A stretch of 64,000 nt of DNA from Perkinsus olseni (taxonomy: Eukaryota). Made by a program: the position numbers and the translations under genes. The stretch spans positions 1-64,000 of the forward strand of contig JABANN010000076.1 of NCBI GenBank assembly GCA_013115125.1. Reading direction: 5' to 3'. The notes under the pieces were generated by a model. The model was not told the origin of the DNA. It worked only from the letters and a program-made list of their open reading frames with translations, and ran no database searches. Of the stretch, positions 13,889 to 26,401 are shown piece after piece; position 1 is the stretch's first letter; each line of letters starts with the position of its first letter.

Positions 13889-14143
13889 GAGTCAGGACAT
13901 GAGAATGTGTGAGGGGAGGGAGNNNNNNNNNNNNNNNNNNNNNNNNNNNNNNNNNNNNNNNNNNNNNNNNNNNNNNNNNNNNNNNNNNNNNNNNNNNNNN
14001 NNNNNNNNNNNNNNNNNNNGAGATCGGACATGGCAATTGGTGAGGGGAGGGAGATCGGACATGGCAATTGGTGAGGGGAGGGAGATCGGACATGGCAATT
14101 GGTGAGGGGAGGGAGATCGGACATGAGATTGTGTGATGGGTAG
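13889..14143. repeat. 31-bp minisatellite GAGATCGGACATGGCAATTGGTGAGGGGAGG spanning the assembly gap
   Basis: Three exact units at 14020-14112, with diverged edge units at ~13889-13919 and ~14113-14143. Confidence 0.9.
13923..14019. other. Assembly gap (N run)
   Basis: Run of N inside the minisatellite. Confidence 0.99.
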
Positions 14144-14353
14144 TTATGGCTGTGTTGACGGCGGATGCGAGCTCGACCCAGCCCTTCTCTCCCTGGATGT
14201 GGAAGTAGGATACTAGTGACTGCTGGCTCGGCTCAGACTGGGTATGGAGTGGGGCAGCTCCTGTGTCCGACTGACCAGTGGTGGCTTCCAAATAATAGTT
14301 GGCGGCAAGCGAAAACTACAGTGTGGTTGCTGCCTCTGACTCTGATATATACC

Positions 14354-17300
14354 ATGCGAGTCAGAGCAGAGCCACTCGCTGCTCGCACTCCCGACCTCTG
14401 CGTCATGGGAGTTCCGCTGCGAATGCCTGACGGGATGATTGTAGAACTTGCCAGCTATCTTGTGGATCCATTACTGCTGCCTGCAGGATGTATATCTGTC
14501 TTATTTAATGTTCGCCTCGCCTAACCCCAAGTTCACCGTCACCGGAAGAAGGTATCGCCTAATACCTCGATGAGTGCCGTCACGTCAGCTCTCAGGCGAA
14601 ATTCAACTGGGTCTCCAAGCCTCTCGGAGCTCAGCCCTCGCATGAAGCAAGGCATTGAAGCTGCTGTTAGACGGGCGAAGCTGGCTAGAGAGAGGAGAAA
14701 CAGTAGTACCGGAACGGTCCCATAGTCGTGTGTGCCACAGAGGTGACTGCTTTTAATCTGCAGGCCTAGCGTTGCCTCCTCCCGTGCGAAGGCGTTCAAC
14801 ACTCAAGGGGATGATACCTGTAGAAACTCCTTCGCAAGCTACAGCGGAAGGTGGAAGGGCATCTCAAGGTGACACCGTCTCCGGGCAATATCGCGTCTAC
14901 GAGCTCTCGAGCATCGTTCCAGTTGCCGAAAGTGGACGGGAGCGGCGAGCATCGAGTCCAGCGGTAGAGGGTGAAGCTGGGCCGCCGGTAGTAACGACGA
15001 GAGCAAGGGAGATGGGCAGGCAAAGTGTGACGAGGCCGTTGGCTACTCCTGAGCTGGTGTCGAGAATGGAGACGTGGATCGATGAGATCAGGGCTGAGCT
15101 ACTCGAGGTTGAGTCTGAGTAGTAAATTCTCATGCCCGTCAAGCTTGGACTATTGTAACTGTTGCTAGACTCACCGAGGGACCAGCTTCCCTAGAGACTG
15201 ACGGGATTGCCGGTGTCACCCCACGGGGCAGCCTAACAACGGTGAGATCTCCCGTTAAGTGATTCGAGTGATGCGTCTGTACTCGCCTTAGCCGCGGCTT
15301 CGTGGGGCAGGGATCCTCTCGCGACTACTGGCGGTCCAAGAGACTGATGGGCCATCAGGCGCTGCGGAGGTGACTCGTAGTAGCAGTCAGTCCGAAAGAT
15401 CCTCCCCCGCCCGTAGTGGTGCCACTGAAGTAGGCACCCTGCTGCTACCGCTTGCGGTCCTGTCTGGGGTGGTGCAGTGGCATAAGACAGCTTCTTCTCA
15501 GTCCGTTATAGCGGATGCTCCAGAGTCGCTCGAGAGCTCGGTATCCCCGGTCAGTTCTAGCAGCTCAGTGACGGCATCACCACCCATGCAGCCGATGAGT
15601 AGGGTTGCTGCGTCGCTGTCTTATCGTCGTGGCGGAGCGGTGTGCTTGTTATCGCTAGGGCGTGGGTTCGATGCCTTGTTGATGCCCCTTATGGCTCATC
15701 TAATTCCAGCGCATTACTGGCCTCGCAGTTCAGTTGGTGATAGTCAGCTTATCAGGTGATGAGCCTTCGCTTGTGGCCGACACACCTGCGGACTCGCCTT
15801 ACACGGAGGCTCCCACTGAACTTAACGAGTCCAATACAACTATGGACCTGGGGGGTCCCACACGAGAGAGGCTGGACGGCATGGTGGAGGATATTCAGTA
15901 GGCACAACTTCCTCGGCTTCCTTCAATCGTCGTTCTAGGAGCATCGAACGGTCGGCGTTCAAGCTCCGGTGCGCTGTGAATCGGATGATCTCGGACCAGT
16001 CCGCGGTACTTACTCACCGTAGCGTCATGTCTGCTCAATCATCACCACGCCTCACATTGGGGACCCCGCGGTTGGAAGGTGAGAGTCAGTTCGAAACGGC
16101 GCGTCGAGTCTCGGCCGTGATAGCTTATCCCAGTCCTCCTCGCTCAGCGTAGTGTCCCTCCCTTTAGATGCCGGTCCCCTTAGTGCAAGATCATCTATCG
16201 GCCGCCCGAGGCATCATTCACTGATGTCAGTCGATCTTCGAGCCCCCCCACCGATCTCCAGGGGGAGTCACGTCGCCACAGTAAATACAGCAATGGAGAG
16301 TATGTGGCAGACACTTGGTGGTTCAGGTGCGAGAGACCATGCTCACGCCACGAGGGGTCAGCCGAGTGGCATACAAGTTCCCGACGGCCCGAGACATCTA
16401 CTCGGCTGTGCACAGGGGGATGAAACCCTGGGACGTTAGTGTGGTTCTTCTGAACAAGTAGCTAGTCGTCGCCTTCCGGCATGCCACGTTGAGTGTTCAT
16501 TATTGATGTGTTATGGCAATGACAATCTCCCTTGTTCTGTTAATTAGTGCTGAGGCTGTAGAGGGGCCCGGGTATACTAACTGAGGGCGGCGCGACGTAG
16601 CATCATCCCTACAATGAGCCGCGACACTCATTCCCAGGAGAGCCTCTCAGCCTTTGTTGCATTCAAAGAGGATGAACTCTTGGGGATCCAGGAGGTTCAC
16701 CAGCGGCACGTCACCTACCAATAGCAGTCGAATGCAAACCCTATCGGAGAAGTTGAATCGGATAAGGCAGCAGAGGCGAGCCTTGGATGAGCTCACTAAT
16801 AGCGACTATATCGACCACGGCTCGAGTACGGATGCGAGGCAGCCTCGTGGGAAAGGGAAGCTCTCCATCGCCTTAGGGACCTCATCAGCGCGCCAGTCGC
16901 TATCTACCGCAGGAAGGGGAGGTGGGGCGGCCGACAGACACGCCGGGACTAGCAGGTAAACTGGCTATGTGAAAACTGGCTATGCTCGGAGCGACGGATG
17001 CTATAGATCGGAGGTGTGCCATCCTTATCAGGTTGAGCAGCGGATGGGCCGGTTCGAAGGAAGAGGACTCACCCGGCAGGCGATTACCTAGTACTCAGAA
17101 TATCACCGGTCACTTGATCGGCTATGTTATTCCTCCCATAGATGTTTACGTTGACGAGTCCGCTGACGCAAGGCACCCGATGCCTGAGCGCACGCTGTAG
17201 ATATCGTCTGCGTTACAGTCGTAGTCCGTCCATGATTCTCGCTCAGGCCTGCTTCTGCTGCTACTTCTTCATCTCCTCGCAGTGGAGCTGTATTGAACGA

Positions 17301-20300
17301 CGACAAAGCGGCACCTACACTGCCACCAGCACGACCAGTGGAGACTACAGTTTCCGGTAGTGAGGGCATCCAGAGGATTTTCATGCACATGGTACCTCTC
17401 CCACAGGTTATGAGTGCGATACTGATCGGCCCGAGCTAGTGCCGGCAGCTGATGGGAGTCGGGAGCGGCGAAGGAGTCTGGGGGAGAGTTGGTATCGTCT
17501 GGAACGGCAACGCAGCATCGAAGGCCTCGTCCTGAATGCCGCCGGCGCCACTGAGCACTGCCCCCAGCAAGTGCCGCATGATGAGCCGGAAGAGCAGCTG
17601 CGAGAGAGCCCCGCGGCGTTCCAATTCGGTGCACAGGATTATGGTGGTAGTGGGGAGTACTTGGACTCTTACGCCAATACCTCGGGAATGTACTCCAGCT
17701 ACGGAACGGGAGACAATATCGGTAGCTATGATGACGGCGGCCCGTTCAGTAACCGATCCGGGGCGAATTACCAACCGAGGGAGCGAGAGGAAACAGTACC
17801 GACTGTCATGTACTACGATGAGGAGGAGGGCGAGGATAGTGAGGGCTATGACGGGAATGGGTCATATCCGATGGAGGAGTATTCAACACGAGGAGATTAT
17901 CACAGCAGACCGCCGGAGCTCAGTCGAGGGCGTTGGGAGGAGAACGACGATGGAGAGGCGCTTGTGTATGGAGGAGGGCGTGAACCGGGTCGGGACGGTT
18001 ACGAGGAGGGGCGGGCCACAGAGGTGGATTGGAGTTCACGAGGGCGTGGTCCAGCGGAGAAAGGACGACGGAGCTACGACGGGTCCAGCCACGGTGTGCC
18101 GCTCTCACGAGAGGAGGGCAAGGGTTACTTCATGGCTGAGCGAGAGACGCGTTCGGAAGTCTACGAGGTTGGCGATGTGGAGGACCCCTACCTTCGGAGG
18201 GGGTCTGACACTGACTACGGTGAGAGCAACGAGGCGGCCGCAAGAGGGGGTGATGCCGGTGGGGTGGGGCCTCTCCCGGACTACTACGGTTGGGAGGCTG
18301 GTGATGGAGTGTATGGCCAGTCCCGCTATCAGCATTCCTCGGAGACTTACTACTCGGCAGAGGAGGGCTACCCCTACGCAGAGGAGGGAGAGAGACGACG
18401 GGGCGAAGGAGGTGCCGAACAGTATGGTGATGCTGAGGGCGGATACGCTGGCGTGGGAACTGCGGTGCCAAGAGAGCATCACTCGCGGAGCGGTATCTAT
18501 CACGGGGCTCTGGAAGATGTCGTCTGCGTTGAGGGGAGAGCAAGTGTTGACGATGGTGTGATAAGTACGGGCAGCGCGGAATGGAGCTCCCACGAGGAGG
18601 GTCCTGAGGACCCCGCACTGGGGATGGGGTATGCTAGGGATGGCTACTCATCCGTCAGTGAATCTGTGACCCGTCGGATTCATTCTGGGGGTGACCACGC
18701 GGCTGAGTCGGGGCTTGTTGACGGCCCAATCGCGTTGGCACCCCATCAATACGGCGATAGTGGGAGTTTGCGCGTCGGAGAGGGGGGCCCACGCCGAGGA
18801 GGGGCTGGAGGGGGGCGACAAGTAGAAAAAGGAGAAGTCAGCGTTGCTCAGTCTATCACCGGCTGGCACCTCAGGGGTAGGCTCCTGCCCCTGCGGTCTG
18901 GGTCAGACCTACTTCAGATTCTTTCGATCCTAGGAGCGAGTCTCCTGCTCCCCAGGGAGTGGAGCTGTCGGAGCTCTCGACGCGAGAAGCATCAGTCGAT
19001 GTGATTTCAACTGATATCAAGTGAGTTTCGGCCTTACTGCTGCTGAGGTCCTTCAGGCGCTGTTGCTCCCCTCAGTCCTTTCGAGCTCTGCAGCGGGGTT
19101 ATCCGAAAACGGCGCGAGGCCGCCGACATACGGGACTTCTTTGCGGCAGAAATGTGGCGGGAGAAGACGGAGCTGAAGTTGCGGAGAGAAGAGGGTCAGA
19201 GGCTTCGTGGACTCGTGGTCGAGGAACTAAGAAGGCGTTCTGAGGAAACACCCAAAAGCTCTCGCGTAGTTGCCGAATGTGATGCAGAGCCCAGTCTAGC
19301 CATGAGCCCGCCTGCGATCATGGCAGAAGAGAGCGCAGTGGGATCGGAAGAAGCTTCGGACGACCACGTGGGGTACCGGACAAAAGGAGGGGTGTTGGTC
19401 GAGCTGGATCCTGATATAAATAAGTTCGACAGCCCGGACGTGAGGCGGGCCCGGGAGAACCCTTTGGAGCGGAGGAAGCGAGAAGCTGAGCGGCGCATCT
19501 CGTCGATGCGAGACAGACCGAATTCAGCTGTGACTATGGCGCCCCAGGTGGCTGCTGGCGATCTGTACCAACCCACTCCTCCCTGACGATTTCCCTGTCA
19601 TGGGACTTCTGTGGGTTGCAGCGGTTCGGCGGAATCTGATTCTCAGGGTGTCCGCTCCCCCGCAAGAGTATCCCCAACGAGGATTCCGAAGACGCCACCA
19701 CGTTCGGAGGAGCAGCAGAGCTGGTTGCCCCGTGGTCTTCGGTACTCTGATTCCCTCACCAGAACAAGATGCTGATCGCTGCCATCAGCCGCCCGTCGTC
19801 GTCCGCGTCGTCAGAAAGACGCACTCCGCTGAGCTGTGACTTGGCTAGCATGGACTCGCGAACGACCAACTTGGGGAACAACCGAAAGATCGTTATCAAC
19901 GCCATCTCCTGGGTGGGGCAGCGGGCTTGTGGGCAGATCATCTCCCGCCTCGCTCCGCTAGGGAATTTTAGCATTTTTAGGCTTTACTTGGCGGTGCTGT
20001 GAACAAGAAGAACAGAGAAGCAGTGTTGAGTGCGGCTACGAGTAGATTCAATAAGCTAGTTGTGCTGTTCAAGGACGAGGTCACCGGCCGCCAGGTTTAC
20101 AGGTAGGCGACGCTTCCAGAATCCCAGGGTCCATTGGCAACTTATACCGCAGTCACTCATGAAGATTCTGTACAATTCTATTCCGAATTAGATGAGGCTA
20201 CACGCATTGGGAGGGGCTGAGGGTCCCTAAGTGGTCATGGGCGTCCCAAAGGCCCGTCCATACACCTAATCCCTCCGATTCATCCTTGAACACTGTAGCC

Positions 20301-20908
20301 CTCTCGTAGCTCTATTATGGTTGCAGTCGGTAAACTAGCAGCTGAGAGCCCGGCCATCGCTAGACCCACAAAGCCAGTGGGAGAGTGACAGTTGTCGAGA
20401 TCGTTAGGAAAGTCTCGTATCGTAGAGAAGAACATAGTAAGGTTTCCTTTCTGCCACAACTTAAACTTGACGCGGTTCGCGCTGCAATAAGGCGCCCATG
20501 ATGAGCCCTTTCGGAACCCGCAAAGGGCTCTTAGTGGAGCGTGAGAATCTCCAACTTCACTGCAAGGACCGAACCTGTTTACGGGGCCCTTAGCCCACAA
20601 GTATTTCTCATTGCCGTCAGAGCACTCTACGGCTTCGATTCGGAAGATCAAGCCTTCAAGCGTCTACACTCAGTGTCTAGCTCTCCCGCGATACTCAAGG
20701 AGCATCACATATCTAAAGCTTACCGGTAAGAGTTCTGGCTTGAAGGTTTCGCCCTTAAGGAGTGTCGTATGGTTTCATCAGGTACACCTCCACTACGAGA
20801 TCGTTCAGAGAAATCCCTGGGCATCGTGCGTTAGACGCGGCAACAGACGCGGTAAGCCTCCATTCACATCTATTGAAGACTCTCAGCCGGCCCAAGAGCT
20901 ATTCATGA
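14354..20908 (+). CDS. Long, largely disordered multi-exon protein with a C-terminal CKK (CAMSAP/Patronin-type microtubule-binding) domain; start uncertain
   Basis: Spliced C-terminus reads NNRKIVINAISW-ALLGGAVNKKNREAVL...KLVVLFKDEVTGRQVYRALYGFDSEDQAFKRL...KAYRYTSTTRSFREIPGHRALDAATDAVSL, matching the CKK pattern SNR.II.NAI...LAG.VN...LILF.D...FRALY...YKY...F..IP...DA. Upstream exons are Ser/Pro/Arg-rich and Glu/Gly/Tyr-rich. Stop TGA at 20906-20908. Confidence 0.75.
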
Positions 20909-22364
20909 CTATTTCTAGAACAACTTTCATGCCAGTACAATTTGAAACTTGAGTTCGTGAGGAAGTACACACACACTGTGTGACATCTACCGTACCGGAG
21001 CACTGGGCAGGACATACTTAGAGATAATCCCGGAGCCGAAGTGATCCGATTCGGACCTCGATCAACGTATTGCTGTAACTCAAACCATCTTCTCCGACAC
21101 GCAAGAGCGTAGGGACCATCCGCATCAGATCAACTTTTTCTGGAGCTCTAACTCATTGTGGGCGCACTCTGGGGTTACGCCGCAGCAGAACCACGAGGAG
21201 CTCATGGAGAGCAGCTTTGAAACCCGGGCTTATCCGCGCAGAGACGGAGGCCCGTCATGAGGCTCTTGATATCCGATTTAGCATTAGTGACCGCTGACCA
21301 CAGCGCTAGACTCACGGTTCCACATGCTCATCCGATTGTTGAGGATTTCCAGAGATACACGTCCATCCCCTCGGTCGATGCCTTTCGCCGGGCGATCCCA
21401 GGTCTCGTCTGATCACAACGTAGACTACTTACCGTCTCCGGTGATACACGAACGGCGTCACTTAGACCCTCCTAATTAACTAAGGTGCAACTCTCACCGA
21501 TGGCCCATTCCGCTCGGTTCCTTGGTGCTCCTCATTCCCGTTTAGGTCTTGTTCGATGGCATCCATAACCTTCGACACGGCGTGTGAACTTTCAAACTCG
21601 AAGGAGCCTTGATGGGACGGACCACGAAGACCGTGACTTTGCTACAGGGTGCCGACTTTAAAAGGGCCCACCCCTTCGGCGCCTCACAACGTCGCCATAA
21701 TCCCCGTGATTCTGCCAGCAGATTTCAGCGATTTTCGGCGTTTGGTTCGATATCTCGGGGGTGAAACTTGCGAATAAGATGCGGCTGGAAACGAGGTTCT
21801 GTAGAGCTCGACGAGAGCTGTCGATTAGTGGGGTTACAACTCTCAACTCGTTCGCTCCGAAAACTCATGCGGGGTGGGCCCTTATGAAGTCGGCACCCTG
21901 TATTTCGTAACTCACGCATTGGCGCGGCTGCTACGATGCAGCAGATCAGTAGCCTGTACACAAACTCCCCAATGATTAAATAATCATAGGGACCCGGCAT
22001 CACGAAGTCTCCGTGAGCCACAATCGAGAACACTACACCTTAACTCTCTCGCACCTGGAACCAATCTTAGCGGCATCAACGACTCAGCTGAGCTTCAGCG
22101 CAACTCCTAATCTGAGCAAGACTGGATCAGCTGACTACAAAATTGTGTTACCAAGAATAAATGCTAGAGCCAGTTGTCTTTTAGGAGCACAACTGGCAAC
22201 TAGAATGCGACAACAGAACAAGTATACGAATGAAATGGCAAGATAGCCTAACTTAACTAGCAGCTTGGTTAAAAAAGTCGTAAATTCTATAAATTGTGTT
22301 GAAAGACTTACACCAATTCGCTCTGAATGAGCACCGTCTCTATCGCTTGAAAGCCATAGAGTTG

Positions 22365-24234
22365 CTAAGAGAATTTCAGCTTTTGCTCGCTAACATTGCC
22401 CATCTTGAAGAAGTCGTTACCCTTATCATCAACAATCATGAAGGCGGGGAAGTCGGCGACGTCGATCTTCCACACGGCCTCCATACCGAGCTCCTCCATA
22501 TCGAGGCACTCCACCTTCTTGATGCTCTTATCGGCGAGGATGGCAGCGACACCACCGATGGAACCGAGATAGAAACCACCGTGCTTCTTGCAAGCCTCGG
22601 TGACCATATCGCTACGGTTACCCTTGCCAATCATGATCATGGAGCCACCGTTGGCCTGGAAGGGCTCAACATAGGGGTCCATACGGTTGGAGGTGGTGGG
22701 GCCGAAGGAACCGGAAGGCTTTCCATCGGGCTTCTTGGCGGGGCCGGCGTAGTACACGGGGTACTTCTTGATGTAGTCGGGGAGACCCTTTCCACTCTCG
22801 AGCATATCCATCATTCTCATGTGAGCGATATCACGAGCGACGATAATGGTACCAGTGAGGGCCACACGAGTCTTGACGGGGTACTTGCTCAAGGTAGCGA
22901 GAGCTTCCTTCTGGGGCAAGTTCAAGTCAATCTTGACGGCCTCATCTTGGTCATCGCCGAAATCGGGCATATACTTGGCGGGGTTCTTCTCGAGCTTCTC
23001 AATGAAGACTCCCTCGGGGGTGATCTTAGCAAGGCACTGACGATCAGCAGAGCAGCTGACACCAAGGCCGACAGGGCAAGAAGCACCGTGACGGGGAAGA
23101 CGGACGACGCGAACATCGTGAGCGAAGTACTTGCCGCCGAACTGAGCGCCGATACCGAGCTGCTGGCAGTTCTTGAGGAGCCTCTCCTCCCAGTAGAGAT
23201 CACGGAAGGCACGACCGGTGGAATCGCCGCTGGTCGGAAGGCCATCGTAGTACTTAGTGGAGGCCAACTTAACAGTCTTCAGAGTCTGGTCAGCAGAGAG
23301 ACCGCCGATGGCAACGGCGATGTGATAAGGCGGGCAAGCGGAGGTGCCGAAGTGAGCGATCTGCTTCATGAGGAAACTTTCGAACTCCTTCTCCTTGAGG
23401 AAGACCTTAGTTTTTTGGAAGAGCTCAAACTTGTTAGCAGATCCGCCACCCTTGGCGATGACGTGGAACTTGTAGGCGAGCTCGTCACCCGGATGACCGG
23501 CGTAGAGTTCAATTTGAGCGGGCAAGTTGCAGCCAGTATTCTTCTCCTCGAACATGCTCAAGGGGGCGACCTGGGAGTAACGGAGGTTGTCCTGAGTGTA
23601 AGCATCATAGACGCCCTTGGTGATGGCCTGCTCGTCGACGCCACCAGTGAGGACACGCTCGCCCCTGTAACCGTAGACACAGGCGGTACCAGTATCCTGG
23701 CAAGAGGGGAGGACGAGGCCGGCAGAGATGCAGGCGTTCTTCAACAACTCCATAGCAACGAAACGATCGTTAGCAGAGGCCTCGGGGTCCTTAAGGATCT
23801 TCTGGACCTGCTGGAGATGGGCGCTTCTGAAGTAATGCTCAACATCCTTGATGCAGGTCTGGGTGAGGTTAGCGATGGCCTCGGGGTCGACCTGAAAGTT
23901 AGATAGACTATGTCGCACTGCGACCTCTTCACGCGGCCACGATCATCCAGTAATGAGTTGAGAAGTGAGTTGGTGCGTTATCGTACCTTGAGGAAGTCAA
24001 GTCCATCGGGGCCCTTAACGACGGAGACACCTTCCTTGGAAAGAAGCTCGTACTCGGGCTCCTGAAATCACCACAGACGTCACCTTTCACATCCACTCCC
24101 ACGTCTTAGGAAACTCGAACCATCCTTCAACCAGTAGCGTCACTGAGAAGGGTCGGTGACGTCCGTACTTTGGCGTTGGCATGTGTTTGGAACAGAGGGA
24201 CGTACTTGTCGAAGAACGTCGACTCGCGACTCAT
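22365..24234 (-). CDS. Class I (Fe-S) fumarate hydratase, copy 3
   Basis: Same motifs as copies 1 and 2. ATG at 24234 ([15 protein letters not shown]); intron 2 at 23892-23986; stop TAG at 22365. Confidence 0.93.
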
Positions 24235-26401
24235 TGTTATCAGCGACGGGCAACTGCGATGAAATCCAGGCACAACGTCATTCGTTCATGCACGGTATGC
24301 ATGCGACGGAGAACAACGAAGCCGTGATACAGCCCCGTAAGGAATCCCAACTAATACAACTCTCGTTCGCTTCTCTGACACTATCCCACCCTCGGATGAG
24401 CCGACGCAATTCACCCACCCTTGGCAACATGTAACTCGCTACTGGTGCTGGGGTGGGCTGACACTCAGCCACTCACTATCTACTCGACACCCCAGCACCA
24501 CCCCGCCAGACAGTCCCATGCGGGAGCGTCGCCTTAGAATGGGTGGGTATTGCTCGAATGGGCGCATCTAAGCTTCCAGGCACGGAAAGTTTTCGAAACT
24601 CGATCATCGGTGGTCCGCCTCAGGACCTGAGGCTCAGGGTTCCTCCGTCAACAAAGCCAGTTACCCTGTTCACTGCGCGATGGACCAGAAAAATGAAAAT
24701 GTCAGTCCCAGAAAAGCAGCGAGCCTAAGAGGCGGAAAACCAGAGCTGTTCTGCTCGAGCAGATCGGTCTTGTGCGAGAGTGTTGAGAGATACATACGGA
24801 AGTTTCGTGGGTTTCACTTACAACTCCTGCACAAGATGTTGCGAGACGTCGGAAATTAGAACAATGTTGTAGATTCACGCCATCTGGTGGTGACGGCTTG
24901 TGCATGCGTGTAGCACGCATGCACGGCGATGTCGCGGTGGAAAATGTCATACCCTCGTATTGTGCATCTGTCGTGCATTTCAAGGTTAGCCTTTCACAGA
25001 AGTTTGCCGTAGCAGTATATCGGTTCAAACAGATTGTTATTTGCTGCTTCCGTCCACATAATTCGGACGCAAACTTGACCTATCTGGTCTATTACACTTG
25101 TACAGCAGGTGTTCATTGGTTTTTCTAACATTGCAATAGGAGCAATTCTTATCATAAGCGCCCGCACAGTAGCCGGGTCTATATGTATATCCTCGCAATA
25201 AGGTAGAGTGATCGGAGAGTAATTTAAGGAATGCCCCATTGTTCCTGCGCGAAACTACCGCTCTTATACATTCCCTCTGTCTAGAACTCCGCAATGCCCT
25301 TTGCAAACTGTCGGCTGTCTTTGTGTAATCGCCTTGTCGCTTGATATCGATGCCCGCGATCCGGTCCAGCAATGGCGGTCGCGAATCCTCTGCTGGCCTT
25401 CAACCCAATCGTATGCCCCTTCGATGGACACCGGTAGTTGAGCAGGTGAGTAGTCGCGAGGCGCAATGCAGCGCGTAGGGCCCACGCGAAGTAGATCGCA
25501 AAGCTTTAGTCGAACAAGCGACTTTGCGGCGCCGGTGCGTCTGACGGAGCCCAGCCAATCCATTGCGCTAGTCGAGGTACCGTATTCAGTTTTATAACAA
25601 AGTGGAAACACAGCGGCTGGCCGGAAACAAATCGGCTATGGCGCGGGAGTTCGGTATCACTCTCTGCAGATATGGTTTACTAGTGTTGGACTGTATTATT
25701 AAAGGCCTCGGTTCGGGCGCTGAAGTTTTGACGGGTTTCGTAAAATGCAGTTCTCCGCTTACTCCATTGAGGAGGGGCGGTACTGGGCGCGTTCGGCATC
25801 CACGATAGACGGAGTCAGTCAGACTGACCCAAGACTGGTGCCCCTGGCGGCCGCCTGTGAGTTCTAGTACTGTCACCAACCAGGCAGCTTCGTGGTGGTA
25901 GCCTAACGACGAGGTCAAGTTCCGAAGAGCCTTCTTAGAGGTACGAGCTCCTTCCGTATCATTACGAAGAGCGCGCCCCAGGACGGTTTCAGATTTGTGG
26001 AGACACGACACTAGTGAAGATGTCCGCGGCAGGCTACGGGTTTCACAGTAAGCTTACAGTTTTTAACAATCAATTATTGACCCTCCTACTACCTTCTAAA
26101 CGTATGCCAACTCTGCCGGTTAGGGCTTGTCGTCACGCCAGAAAGATCCGCGCCTGAGGAGTATCTTACGGTTTCATTACACTCACTTCCACTTCAAGAA
26201 CGCTCGGCGAAAGATATATGCTTGAAGCTCTGATCGGGGAGATTCATTCAATGAGCGGTCATGGTGATGACTTTTAAAGCTGAGCAGTCGGGAGGTTGTT
26301 ATCACTCATGGACCAACTTTCATGGAAGTGCTTGTGTGCCTCGAGTTGTCTCTTCCTGATTCGATGTGTGATTAAATTTTTCAGTTCTTTCCCCAGTCAG
26401 T

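Noticed and set aside
13889..14143. 31-bp repeats as a CRISPR array
   Set aside because: Units are head-to-tail with no spacers, there are no cas genes, and the context is eukaryotic
8777..23906. Three 528-563-aa plus-strand ORFs antisense to the fumarases (8777-10468, 11511-13097, 22296-23906)
   Set aside because: They are codon-aligned mirrors that stay open because the sense genes avoid TTA/CTA/TCA codons. They end near the exon boundaries, and similar shadows occur on ALDH and RPS18.
25037..26011. Possible retroelement remnant (KKALRNLTSSLGY resembles an RT thumb motif)
   Set aside because: No YxDD, RNase H or integrase motif, and no LTR or TSD seen
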